Positions 9,886-20,145 of a stretch of DNA of 64,000 nucleotides are shown piece by piece. This DNA is from Halarcobacter sp. (lineage in GTDB: Bacteria; Campylobacterota; Campylobacteria; Campylobacterales; Arcobacteraceae), in assembly GCA_048571215.1 (NCBI GenBank), contig CP182352.1:2144001-2208000 (forward strand), given 5' to 3'. The position numbers were made by a program, and so were the translations under genes. Positions within the stretch are counted from its first letter, which is position 1. Each line of letters opens with the position of its first letter. Under the pieces are notes generated by a model. It searched no databases and was not told where the DNA came from. It worked only from the letters and a program-made list of their open reading frames with translations.

Positions 9886-10879
9886 AGGCTATTTTTGGTA
9901 TTCCTTCACCCTCTTCAAATCCACACATAAGATTTGCATTTACCACAGCTTGTGATGAAGCCCCTCTTAGAAGATTGTCAATTGAAGAGTTTATAAATAA
10001 TGCTTTTGCATTTTTTGCTACAAAGATATCACAAAAGTTTGTTCCTGCTGTCATTTTTATATCAACTGCACTATTTCTAATTCTTACAAACTCTGAATCT
10101 TTATAAGCATCTTCTAAAACTTTTTCAACATCAATATCCTCTTTTAGTGTTGCATAAACAGACACTAACATCCCTCTTGTAACTGGGATTAGGTGTGGTA
10201 CAAAATTGATTTGGAAATCTTTTTGTTTTAAAAGTTTTATTTTTTCTTCTATCTCTGGCATATGTCTATGTTTAAATGGATTATAGGCATGAATATTTTC
10301 ATTTAGATTTGCAAAATGTGCTGCTTCTGTAAGCTTTTTTCCTGCTCCACTTATACCTGTTTTTGCATCAATAAATATAGGTGTTCCCTCTTGAATATAA
10401 TCAATAAAAGGGAATAATGCCAAAAGTGAGGCTGTTGGATAACACCCTGGGTTTGCTATTAGTTTTGCATTTTTTATTTCATCTTTATAATATTCTGGCA
10501 AACCATATACCGCATCTTTAATATGCTCTTTATCTTCATGTGGACAATAATGTTTTTCATAAGTATCTAATTCTAGTCTATAATCAGCACTAAAATCAAC
10601 TACTTTTATACCCAAGTTTAGAAGCTCTTTTGCAAAAAACATTGAAGTTTTATGAGGAAGTGCTAAAAAAGCAAGTTCGGCATTTTTTGCTACATCTGCA
10701 GCATTTGCACAACTAACGTCTATATTTATAACATCTTTTAAACATGGATGTAAATCTTGAACATTCTCATTACCTGTTGAGTTTGCAATATATGTTATAT
10801 TGAACTTTGGATGGTTTATCAGTATTTTAATTAATTCTAAACCTGTATATCCGCTTGCACCAATAATTGCTACATTCAT
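9875..10879 (-). CDS. argC: N-acetyl-gamma-glutamyl-phosphate reductase
   Basis: GASGYTG, ANPGCYPT, DNLLRGASSQA. Confidence 0.97.
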   Translation of the reverse strand: MNVAIIGASGYTGLELIKILINHPKFNITYIANSTGNENVQDLHPCLKDVINIDVSCANAADVAKNAELAFLALPHKTSMFFAKELLNLGIKVVDFSADYRLELDTYEKHYCPHEDKEHIKDAVYGLPEYYKDEIKNAKLIANPGCYPTASLLALFPFIDYIQEGTPIFIDAKTGISGAGKKLTEAAHFANLNENIHAYNPFKHRHMPEIEEKIKLLKQKDFQINFVPHLIPVTRGMLVSVYATLKEDIDVEKVLEDAYKDSEFVRIRNSAVDIKMTAGTNFCDIFVAKNAKALFINSSIDNLLRGASSQAVVNANLMCGFEEGEGIPKIAYVP

Positions 10880-11364
10880 GATAGTTTCAACTCCTTATAA
10901 CCAACTGATAATATTTCAAATATTTTTTCACCACCTGGAAGTTTTGCGGTAATCTCATCACCCTCTTCTTTTCCAAGTAATTGTTTAGCTAAAGGTGAAT
11001 TAAAAGAGATAAATCCTTTTTCAACATTTGATTCAACTCCCCCAACTATTGCATAAGTAAACTCTTCATCTGTATCAACATCAACTAAATTGATAGTTGA
11101 ACCAAAACTTACTTTATCATGAGGAAGAGTTTCTGGGTCAACAATAACTGCTTTTGAGATAACTGCTCCAAGCTCTGCAATGTGAGAGTCTATCAATGCT
11201 AACTTATCTTTTGCCGCATGGTATTCAGCATTCTCTTTTAAGTCACCTAACTGTCTAGCTTCATCTAAGGCTATTACCGTTTCTGGTCTTTCTGTTCTTT
11301 TTAAAAATTCTAACTCTTTTGTAATCTTTTCATATCCGATTCTGGTCATTGGCTCTTTTTCCAC
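10876..11364 (-). CDS. greA: Transcription elongation factor GreA
   Basis: GDLKENAEYHAAK, ISFNSPLAKQLLGK; GTG start. Confidence 0.96.
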   Translation of the reverse strand: MEKEPMTRIGYEKITKELEFLKRTERPETVIALDEARQLGDLKENAEYHAAKDKLALIDSHIAELGAVISKAVIVDPETLPHDKVSFGSTINLVDVDTDEEFTYAIVGGVESNVEKGFISFNSPLAKQLLGKEEGDEITAKLPGGEKIFEILSVGYKELKLS

Positions 11365-11444
11365 ATAAGCCTCCTATATATATTATTTTAAAATTTTAAT
11401 ACTTTAATTTGGTATAATACCGAAATTTTAATAAAAGAGTGTAA

Positions 11445-12092
11445 ATGCAACAATATGATAGAACTATAAAACTATTTGGTGAAGAGAATTTTAAAAAGTT
11501 TCAAAAAACAAAATTAATACTCCTAGGGGTAGGTGGTGTAGGAAGTTTCGCTTTGGATTCTTTATACAATACTGGTATTACAGATATAACAATAGTTGAT
11601 TTTGATACTTATGAAGAGTCTAATATGAACAGACAATTAGGAAGCCATGGAAATATTGGTAGAATAAAAGTTGAAAGTTTAAAAGAGAAATACCCAAAAA
11701 TAACTCCAATTCATGCAAAAATAACTCCTGAATGGATAGATGAATTTGATTTTTCTTCTTATGATTATATTTTAGATGCAATTGATGATATAAAACCAAA
11801 GGTTCATTTAATCAATAAATTCTTTACAAAGGTTATTAGTACAAGTGGTAGTGCCAAAAGATTAGATCCTAGTAAAATAGAGTATAAATCTATTTGGGAT
11901 ACATATAATGATCCATTTATAAGAAAAATAAGATATGAATTAAAACAAAAAGGTTTTAAAAAGAAATTTAAAGTTGTTTTTTCAAGTGAAGAGCCAAAAT
12001 CTATTGAAAAGGGCAGTTTTGAGGCGGTTACAGGCTCATTTGGTTTTATGATTACCTCAGTTGTTATAAAAAAGATTCTTGACAAAAAGTGA
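11445..12092 (+). CDS. ThiF/MoeB-family protein, probable tRNA threonylcarbamoyladenosine dehydratase (TcdA-like)
   Basis: GVGGVGS, SNMNRQ, DAID, VVFSSE. Confidence 0.75.
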   Translation: MQQYDRTIKLFGEENFKKFQKTKLILLGVGGVGSFALDSLYNTGITDITIVDFDTYEESNMNRQLGSHGNIGRIKVESLKEKYPKITPIHAKITPEWIDEFDFSSYDYILDAIDDIKPKVHLINKFFTKVISTSGSAKRLDPSKIEYKSIWDTYNDPFIRKIRYELKQKGFKKKFKVVFSSEEPKSIEKGSFEAVTGSFGFMITSVVIKKILDKK

Positions 12093-12166
12093 TAAAATAA
12101 TTTTCTAAAGTTAAGTATAAGAAAAAAAGCAATATAATTTAGCTATATTTGATATAAAGGGACTTC

Positions 12167-13069
12167 ATGAGTGGTATTAATAGTGTTGAACAAATGACCC
12201 AAGGTCATTTAAGAAATGTACAACAGCTAGCAGTTTTCTATACTGGTCACAATAATATTTATGCAATAAATATTGCAAAAGTTAAAGCATTTATAATAAC
12301 TGAAGAAGTAACAATTAACGAAACACCTACTGATTCAAATGTTATAGCAGGTATAGCAACAATTAGAGGGGAACCTATTACACTTATTAATCTTGATGCT
12401 TGGTTAAATATTCCAACACTTGATATAAAAGAGTATAAACTTATTATCTACTGTGAATTTAATCATAAAAAAGTAGGTTTTTTAATAAAAGACATGTTAG
12501 ATATTGTCGAAAAAACTACTGATGAATTAAGACATACAGAAGAAGCTAACTCAAAAATTACATATACTACATATGTAAAGGTTCATAATAAAGATGAGTT
12601 ATGTTCTGTATTCAATGCAGAGCAACTTCTAAAAGATTTAGGATGGGTTGATGATGGAGATGATACAGTAAATAAATATGTAGAATCACCTTTTAACACA
12701 GATAAACTTGTATTAGCAGCTGAAGACTCAGGAGTAGCAAGAGAAGTTTTAAATAAATTTTTCAAAAAAGCAAAAATAAGTTATGAAATCTATAATGATG
12801 GTGCTTTATTACTTGAACGAATCAAAGAGTTAGATCCAAATGATATTGGAATGGTTATTACAGATATAGAGATGCCTGAAACTGATGGTTTTCAAGTTGC
12901 ATCTTTTATAAAAAACAGTAATAAGTATTCACATATTCCTGTAATAGTAAACTCATCTATGACTACAGATGCAGTAAAAAATAAAATGAATAATATTGGG
13001 ATAGAAGGTTTTATTGGTAAAACTGATATCCAATCACTTTATACTACAGTAAAAAAATTCTTGAACTAA
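12167..13069 (+). CDS. cheV: Chemotaxis protein CheV (CheW + receiver)
   Basis: YAINIAKV CheW domain; AEDS and TDIEMPETDG receiver domain. Confidence 0.92.
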   Translation: MSGINSVEQMTQGHLRNVQQLAVFYTGHNNIYAINIAKVKAFIITEEVTINETPTDSNVIAGIATIRGEPITLINLDAWLNIPTLDIKEYKLIIYCEFNHKKVGFLIKDMLDIVEKTTDELRHTEEANSKITYTTYVKVHNKDELCSVFNAEQLLKDLGWVDDGDDTVNKYVESPFNTDKLVLAAEDSGVAREVLNKFFKKAKISYEIYNDGALLLERIKELDPNDIGMVITDIEMPETDGFQVASFIKNSNKYSHIPVIVNSSMTTDAVKNKMNNIGIEGFIGKTDIQSLYTTVKKFLN

Positions 13070-13074
13070 ATCTT

Positions 13075-13104
13075 AACTAAAGATAGTTTTACTATCTTTA
13101 GTTT
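13075..13104. terminator. Bidirectional hairpin between convergent cheV and argH
   Basis: AACTAAAGATAGT-ttt-ACTATCTTTAGTT inverted repeat. Confidence 0.65.
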
Positions 13105-13107
13105 TTA

Positions 13108-14499
13108 TTAGTTATTTTCTAACCACTCTTTAAATTGCCCTATTTGATTCTCAGTTTGAGCAGAAGATGTTCCCCCATATGATTTTCTTGCATTCATAGA
13201 GTTTCTCAAGTCTAAATAAAATAAAATCTCTTCATTTATATCTTTTATCTCTTCATTTGAAGATCTAATCTCTTCAATTGTAAGTTCACTAATATCTTTA
13301 TCTAAAGAGTTTGCACAAGCAACTACATCTTTTGTAATATAGTATGCAGTTCTAAATGGCATATTCTCTTTTTGTACTAAATAATCTGCTAAATCCGTTG
13401 CACATAGATGACCTATTTTACAAGCATTTTGCATTTTATCAACATTTACTATCATAGTTTTAATAACTTCATTTAAGATTTTAATAGAAATTTCAGCAGT
13501 TTTAACAGAATCAAAAACCCCCTCTTTATCCTCTTGTGTATCTTTATTATATGCAAGAGGCAAGCCTTTCATTACTGTTAGAAGTGAAATTAGATTTCCA
13601 TACACTCTCCCTGTTTTACCCCTTAAAAGTTCTGGAACATCTGGATTTTTCTTTTGGGGCATAATTGAAGAAGTTGTTGCGTATTCATCACTCATTCGTA
13701 CAAACTGAAACTCATAAGATGACCATAAGATAAGCTCTTCTGAGATTCTACTTATATGCATCATAAGTGTACTAATATTAAATAAAATCTCTAAAGCAAA
13801 ATCCCTATCACTTACTGTATCCATTGCATGAGGTGTTGGTTCTTTGAAGCCTAATTTTTCACAAGAACTATCTCTATTTATATTGTGTGGAGTTCCAGCT
13901 AATGCTGCACTTCCTAAAGGTGAATAATCATTTCTTTCAATTGAGCTTTCAAATCTTTCAAAATCTCTTTTAAACATATTTGCATAAGCTAATAGATGAT
14001 AACCAAAATTTAAAGGTTGGGCATGTTGTAAGTGGGTCATTCCAGGAATTAGCGTTTCGGTATGTTTAGAAGCAACTTCAACAAATGTCTCTACTAGATC
14101 TTTTAGTAAAGCCTTTATATCAATAGATTTTTCTTTTACATATAGTCTAAAATCTGTTGCCACTTGATCATTTCTACTTCTTGCAGTATGAAGTCTTTTT
14201 CCAGGTTCTCCAATAATTTCAGTAAGTCTATTTTCTACTGCCATATGAATATCTTCAAAAGCTAAAGAAAACTCAAACTCTCCACTTTCAATTTCATCTT
14301 TTACTTGAAGTAAACCTTTTTCAATTGCCTCTTGTTCCTCTTTATTTAAAACCCCTTGTTCACAAAGCATTTGTGAATGGGCAATACTTCCTTTTATATC
14401 CTGAGAATATAACTCTTTATCAAACATGATTGAAGCGTTAAATTCATCTAAAATTTGCGCATTTGTATTTTTTAAGATTTGATTATTTTGATTTGACAT
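13108..14499 (-). CDS. argH: Argininosuccinate lyase
   Basis: [28 protein letters not shown]. Confidence 0.98.
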   Translation of the reverse strand: MSNQNNQILKNTNAQILDEFNASIMFDKELYSQDIKGSIAHSQMLCEQGVLNKEEQEAIEKGLLQVKDEIESGEFEFSLAFEDIHMAVENRLTEIIGEPGKRLHTARSRNDQVATDFRLYVKEKSIDIKALLKDLVETFVEVASKHTETLIPGMTHLQHAQPLNFGYHLLAYANMFKRDFERFESSIERNDYSPLGSAALAGTPHNINRDSSCEKLGFKEPTPHAMDTVSDRDFALEILFNISTLMMHISRISEELILWSSYEFQFVRMSDEYATTSSIMPQKKNPDVPELLRGKTGRVYGNLISLLTVMKGLPLAYNKDTQEDKEGVFDSVKTAEISIKILNEVIKTMIVNVDKMQNACKIGHLCATDLADYLVQKENMPFRTAYYITKDVVACANSLDKDISELTIEEIRSSNEEIKDINEEILFYLDLRNSMNARKSYGGTSSAQTENQIGQFKEWLENN

Positions 14500-14553
14500 C
14501 TGTATCCTTATGTTCTAATAAGCTTTTTAGGGCATATTATAACATAAGTGATA

Positions 14554-15822
14554 TTAGTTAAAAGTGTTTAAATCCATTGGTTTGGTTTTTACTATAGTTT
14601 GATACTTTTTTATTGCAAATAAAATATTAACTAAAAATAAAATATTTGATACTATAAAAATAATTGCTGCAATATACAAAAATATTTCACTTAAAAAGTT
14701 TGCTAAAATAAATACTAATAAAGAGCTTGCATAGATATAAAATTGTACCTTTATCATATCTTCAACAATTAGCTCCCTCATAGTTGGAACAGCAAAATAT
14801 CCCTTTGAAGTTAAATGAAACCAACACAAAAATGGGATAATCTTATATATCATCCCTTGAAGTAGTGAATATAAAAAGCCAAAAGCTATAGTTATAGCAA
14901 GCAGATAATTGTTTTGTGAAAGAAAAAGCCAGACAAACATAGAGATAATAAGACTCCATAAAGATAATTTCCAATAAAGCAAAGTAACATCAAAAATTGG
15001 TCTTTTTCTATTATTTAAACTATCTAAAGCAAAATATGAAAATACAATTACTACTAGGGAAATAAATACCTTAACAAACGAGGTATCAATTTGTGTTATC
15101 TCAAAAATTGAGTATAATAATAAAAAACAAAATAATATATTAACAAGCTTATCTTCTACAAATTTAGGAAACTTCTTAGCCACATAAAACATTGGTATCA
15201 CTTGAAATGAGACACCAACTATTATAATAAGTGCAAAACCAAAGATACCAAATAACATATGGATATTTACTATATTATAATGTAGAGTACCTATATTTAA
15301 GAAAATATGAGATGAAGCTAAATAGATACCTAATAAAATTGTAATAAAACCAGCTATAGTAAAAACACGCATAGCTTTAACTGTTGGTGTTAAAAACTCA
15401 ACTTTAAATAGCAATCTCATTGAATATGCAAAAAAGGTAAAAAAAGAGATTGCTAAAAAGATTGTTGCAAATATTAGTAAATTTTTATTTCCCATTAAAA
15501 AATATAAAACGAAAACTATTGTACCTAATGTTAAAAATAGGTGAATAACAGTTGCAAATATTTTTGGCTTTTTTATAACTGCTCCTGCTAGAACTGGCAT
15601 CATTTGTTGCATAGCACCCATTATAATCATAGATAATATCCCAAGGGTAAACAAATGAACCATTGCAATAGCAAGATTTGAGTATCTATTAGTAATCATA
15701 CTTGCATCATTGCTTAATATCAAAATACCAAGAACAATAGCAAATATTGGTGCAGTTATAAAAAACCGAAAGGGTACTGATATAGGAGGTGCTTGTTCTA
15801 AAGATAAGCCTTGGTTAAACAT
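14554..15822 (-). CDS. Polytopic membrane protein, NnrS/DUF2249-associated type
   Basis: About 12 hydrophobic segments; LSLEQAPP, HLFTLG, YKIIPFLCWFHL; downstream of a hemerythrin gene. Confidence 0.6.
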   Translation of the reverse strand: MFNQGLSLEQAPPISVPFRFFITAPIFAIVLGILILSNDASMITNRYSNLAIAMVHLFTLGILSMIIMGAMQQMMPVLAGAVIKKPKIFATVIHLFLTLGTIVFVLYFLMGNKNLLIFATIFLAISFFTFFAYSMRLLFKVEFLTPTVKAMRVFTIAGFITILLGIYLASSHIFLNIGTLHYNIVNIHMLFGIFGFALIIIVGVSFQVIPMFYVAKKFPKFVEDKLVNILFCFLLLYSIFEITQIDTSFVKVFISLVVIVFSYFALDSLNNRKRPIFDVTLLYWKLSLWSLIISMFVWLFLSQNNYLLAITIAFGFLYSLLQGMIYKIIPFLCWFHLTSKGYFAVPTMRELIVEDMIKVQFYIYASSLLVFILANFLSEIFLYIAAIIFIVSNILFLVNILFAIKKYQTIVKTKPMDLNTFN

Positions 15823-16260
15823 CTATAAACTTTTCATCTCTTGAATAATATTTGTAGAATCTTGTGCCAAATGCATATCTGCCATTTTATAAAGCATCTG
15901 TTCCTCTTTCATATTGTGTTGTTGCATCAACATCATTAAAGTTTCACTAAGACCAAAAAAATGGTTTTTATCTTTTTTTTCAATATCATTTTGCATTTGC
16001 TCTAATACTTGTAACATTTGAGAATGTTCCATTCTCATAACTTGTGTTGGTCCACCACGCATACCAGTTTTATCTTCAAACGCTTTAAACATAACCTTTT
16101 CTTCCATATCAAAGTGGTGTTTTAAATCCAAATTAAACTCATTAAATAGTTTTTTTACTTCACTCCAATTTTCACTTGCAACACTATTTTCTAGTTTTGC
16201 AAACTCTTCATCACAGTTTCTATGATCTTGTGTTAAAAATGTTGAAATTGTCTCACTCAT
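15823..16260 (-). CDS. Hemerythrin-domain protein
   Basis: DHRNCD, HHFDMEE, MEH, QHNMKEEQMLY. Confidence 0.88.
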   Translation of the reverse strand: MSETISTFLTQDHRNCDEEFAKLENSVASENWSEVKKLFNEFNLDLKHHFDMEEKVMFKAFEDKTGMRGGPTQVMRMEHSQMLQVLEQMQNDIEKKDKNHFFGLSETLMMLMQQHNMKEEQMLYKMADMHLAQDSTNIIQEMKSL

Positions 16261-16312
16261 AATCTAACCTTTATTTTTATGGAAAGTATATAAAAAAATA
16301 CTCTTTTTTTAA

Positions 16313-16326
16313 TTGATTATAATCAA
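16313..16326. promoter_or_regulatory. Crp/Fnr-family (NssR/FNR-type) box
   Basis: Perfect TTGAT-TATA-ATCAA, 53 bp upstream of the hemerythrin start. Confidence 0.7.
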
Positions 16327-16356
16327 GTTTTAGATTAAATTTGCTATTCTTAAAGG

Positions 16357-16644
16357 ATGAATACTTTAGAACTAATAAAAAAATTATCCCTATGGGAAGA
16401 TAGATTAAATCGATATAAAAGAGCCTTTAAAGATAATCAAGATATTGAGAACTATGAAGAGGTCAAAAGATTTTTAGATACCATAGATGAATTTATTGAT
16501 ATGTATAACACTACAGAAACAAAAAAAGATGAAAAGAGATATTATAATTCAATTAAATATTGGATAAAGATGAATGAAAACTATATGCAACTTTTAGAAA
16601 ATCTATATAAGGCATATGAAGAAGAGTATTTAAAAAATAAATAG
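16357..16644 (+). CDS. Hypothetical protein
   Basis: 95-aa ORF with AAGGA just upstream and a terminator-like hairpin after the stop. Confidence 0.55.
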   Translation: MNTLELIKKLSLWEDRLNRYKRAFKDNQDIENYEEVKRFLDTIDEFIDMYNTTETKKDEKRYYNSIKYWIKMNENYMQLLENLYKAYEEEYLKNK

Positions 16645-16669
16645 AAGCCTTAGCTTCTATTTATATAAA

Positions 16670-17650
16670 TTAGATAGGTAAAACTCTGATGTTTTCATCA
16701 ACTTTTTGTTTTAAAACTGATTCAATAGCATAAAGTGTACCAGTATCACCCGAAGCACAACCATTACATGCTCCAAGATATCTAATATAAATATCATAAT
16801 GAGGAATATTTTCTTTAATATCAATAATCTCCATATTACCACCGTCCATCATTAACATTGGTCTGATATCACTATCTAAAATCTCATCAATCATTTTAAT
16901 TCTTTGAACAATAGTCATTTTATCAAATGAAGATTCCCCTGCAGCACTTGCATCAGCAGCTTGTTTTAATTTATCATGCTCTAACTCATTTCTAGTATCA
17001 GCTAAAATATCTACAAGATACATCTCTTTTTCTTCATGTCCACCTGGTTTAATACATGATTTACAAAATGCACCTGCTTTTGTATAATCTGTAATCTCTT
17101 CAACAGTTTTTAAATCATTTAATTTAATAACTTCTTGTAGAGTTGCTAATGAAACCCTTGCACACTCACAAACAATAAACTCTTCTTCTAAAGAGTCCAT
17201 ATCTACACCTTTGTATTGTGAAGCTGCTTTTTTGATAACATCATATGCCATAACTGAACAGTGCATTTTTTGTGGTGGTACTGCTGGAACATCTGGATGA
17301 TCTCTTAATGCTTTTTCAACATCAATATTAGTTATCTTAATAGCTTCATCAACTGTTTTACCAATACAAAGTTCTGCCATAGCATCAGATGAAGCGATAG
17401 CTGTACCACATCCAAAAGATTTAAATTTTGAATCTAAAATTTTATCTGTTCCCTCTTCAACACACCAGTAAAGTCTAACTGCATCCCCACATGATTCAGC
17501 TCCAAAGTCTGCAACAATTAGTTTTCCACCTAACTCTTTTGCTTTTTCTTCTGTAATCTCACCTTGATGAGTTGGTTCGTCCATTCTTCTAATAACTTGA
17601 TTTGAGTACTCGTCCCAAATTGAACCACTAATTAAATCATTCTTAGCCAT
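16670..17650 (-). CDS. nifU: Fe-S cluster scaffold NifU
   Basis: SCGD, FGCG, KMHCS, CECARV, AGAFCKSC, GACNGC three-domain layout. Confidence 0.96.
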   Translation of the reverse strand: MAKNDLISGSIWDEYSNQVIRRMDEPTHQGEITEEKAKELGGKLIVADFGAESCGDAVRLYWCVEEGTDKILDSKFKSFGCGTAIASSDAMAELCIGKTVDEAIKITNIDVEKALRDHPDVPAVPPQKMHCSVMAYDVIKKAASQYKGVDMDSLEEEFIVCECARVSLATLQEVIKLNDLKTVEEITDYTKAGAFCKSCIKPGGHEEKEMYLVDILADTRNELEHDKLKQAADASAAGESSFDKMTIVQRIKMIDEILDSDIRPMLMMDGGNMEIIDIKENIPHYDIYIRYLGACNGCASGDTGTLYAIESVLKQKVDENIRVLPI

Positions 17651-17676
17651 TTTTTTTCCTTATCTTATTTTTATTT

Positions 17677-18894
<1,218 letters not shown>

Positions 18895-18957
18895 TCATGC
18901 AATAATCATTCCATGAAAAATACCAATTTTTGATTAATTTGTGAAATTATATTTTAA

Positions 18958-18978
18958 ATAGGATAAAAATTGTCTTAA
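18958..18978. promoter_or_regulatory. Putative Rrf2/IscR-type operator upstream of nifS
   Basis: ATAGGATA-N5-TGTCTTAA, an imperfect copy of the perfect palindrome upstream of sufB. Confidence 0.55.
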
Positions 18979-19246
18979 TTAAAAAAGTTACTCTTCAATT
19001 TTGTAAAAAATGTTATTTATAGAAAAAACAGATTTTGTCTAAAGTAGTTACTTTATAATTAGAAGCTTAAAATATAGTTTCATTTTTATTATTGTAACTG
19101 CTTAATATACATCAATCAAGATTAAAATTGTATAAGATATATACACTTATTATTAATTTAACCATATGCTTCTAAGAATTTTAAAAAAAGTATACAAAAT
19201 ATAAAAACCCCACTTTTTCTACACTTTAATCTACTATAATTACAAC

Positions 19247-19334
19247 AAGTAAACATAAATAACAACTTTTCCCAATATTTGTGTTTATATTCCTCCAAGT
19301 TAAAGGAAAGATTTACTCCTTTTCTTTCCTTTTC
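19247..19334 (+). ncRNA. Candidate small RNA with RepG/CJnc190-like architecture
   Basis: TATAAT at 19235-19240; hairpin 19250-19261/19276-19287 with C/U-rich loop; UUCCUCC linker; terminator hairpin 19302-19311/19323-19332 with UACUCCU loop; no ORF. Confidence 0.55.
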
Positions 19335-19578
19335 ATATTCCTAAAGTGTAAAAGCTTTCAAAAACTTGATTATTTTTAAAAATATTTATACTTTTTTTCC
19401 AAGTTTTTGATTAAGCTTTCTAATTTTCATATAAATATCGTATTTTGGTATATATCATATCTTTTTTCATATATATAACTACTACTTATAATTAATATAT
19501 ATATTTTATATATTATTTTTATCTTAATATTATTTTTTATTTGATATAGTTAATTTATACCGAAAATAAGGAGAAAAT

Positions 19579-20037
19579 ATGAAAAAGATTTTATTATCTT
19601 TATGTGTGATTTTTATAGGATTTGCATTTGCTGCAAAACCTACTACCCCAGAACCTTTAGAAGCTGCAAATTATGGCGCTAAATATATTGCTATTGCTGA
19701 TGCAAAAAAACTTTTTGATAATGGTGCAACTTTTTTAGATACAAGAAAACCAGTAGATGTATCTAAAAGTAAAATCAAAGGTGCAAAAAGAGCTTTTTAT
19801 AATGAAAAGGGTGGAAACAAAAATAGAATTGCCCAATGGGATACTTCAAAAGATAAATTTCAAACAGAAAATGTTCCAACAGATAAAAATGCAGTAATTG
19901 TAACTTATTGTAATGGAGCACAATGTTGGAAATCTTATAAAGGTGCTGTAACACTTACAAAAATGGGTTATACAAATGTACATTGGATGAGAGATGGAAT
20001 TCCAGCATGGCAAAAAGCTGGTTATCCTGTAGAATAA
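19579..20037 (+). CDS. Exported rhodanese-domain protein
   Basis: Signal peptide ending AFA-A; LDTR, YCNGAQCWKSY, GY.NV.W.RDG...W. Confidence 0.88.
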   Translation: MKKILLSLCVIFIGFAFAAKPTTPEPLEAANYGAKYIAIADAKKLFDNGATFLDTRKPVDVSKSKIKGAKRAFYNEKGGNKNRIAQWDTSKDKFQTENVPTDKNAVIVTYCNGAQCWKSYKGAVTLTKMGYTNVHWMRDGIPAWQKAGYPVE

Positions 20038-20065
20038 ATTTTATTTTCAAAAACTATAAAAAAGT

Positions 20066-20074
20066 GGGGGGGGG
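20066..20074 (+). repeat. G9 homopolymer in the intergenic leader of the MCP gene
   Basis: Nine consecutive G in an otherwise very AT-rich region. Confidence 0.85.
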
Positions 20075-20145
20075 AAGATAATTTCCCCCTTTTTATATTT
20101 ATGTCAAAATTTACTTATAAGTTTTGACATAAATATAAAAGGATT

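Noticed and set aside
19351..19419. Imperfect inverted repeat AAAGCTTTCAAAAACTTG / CAAGTTTTTGATTAAGCTTT
   Set aside because: It could be a terminator or an antisense RNA stem, but I found no promoter or other support to call a feature.
19208..20069. 11-nt complementarity between CCCCACTTTTT (19208-19218) and AAAAAGTGGGG (20059-20069)
   Set aside because: The match is short and low-complexity, and the first copy lies upstream of the predicted sRNA start; likely chance.
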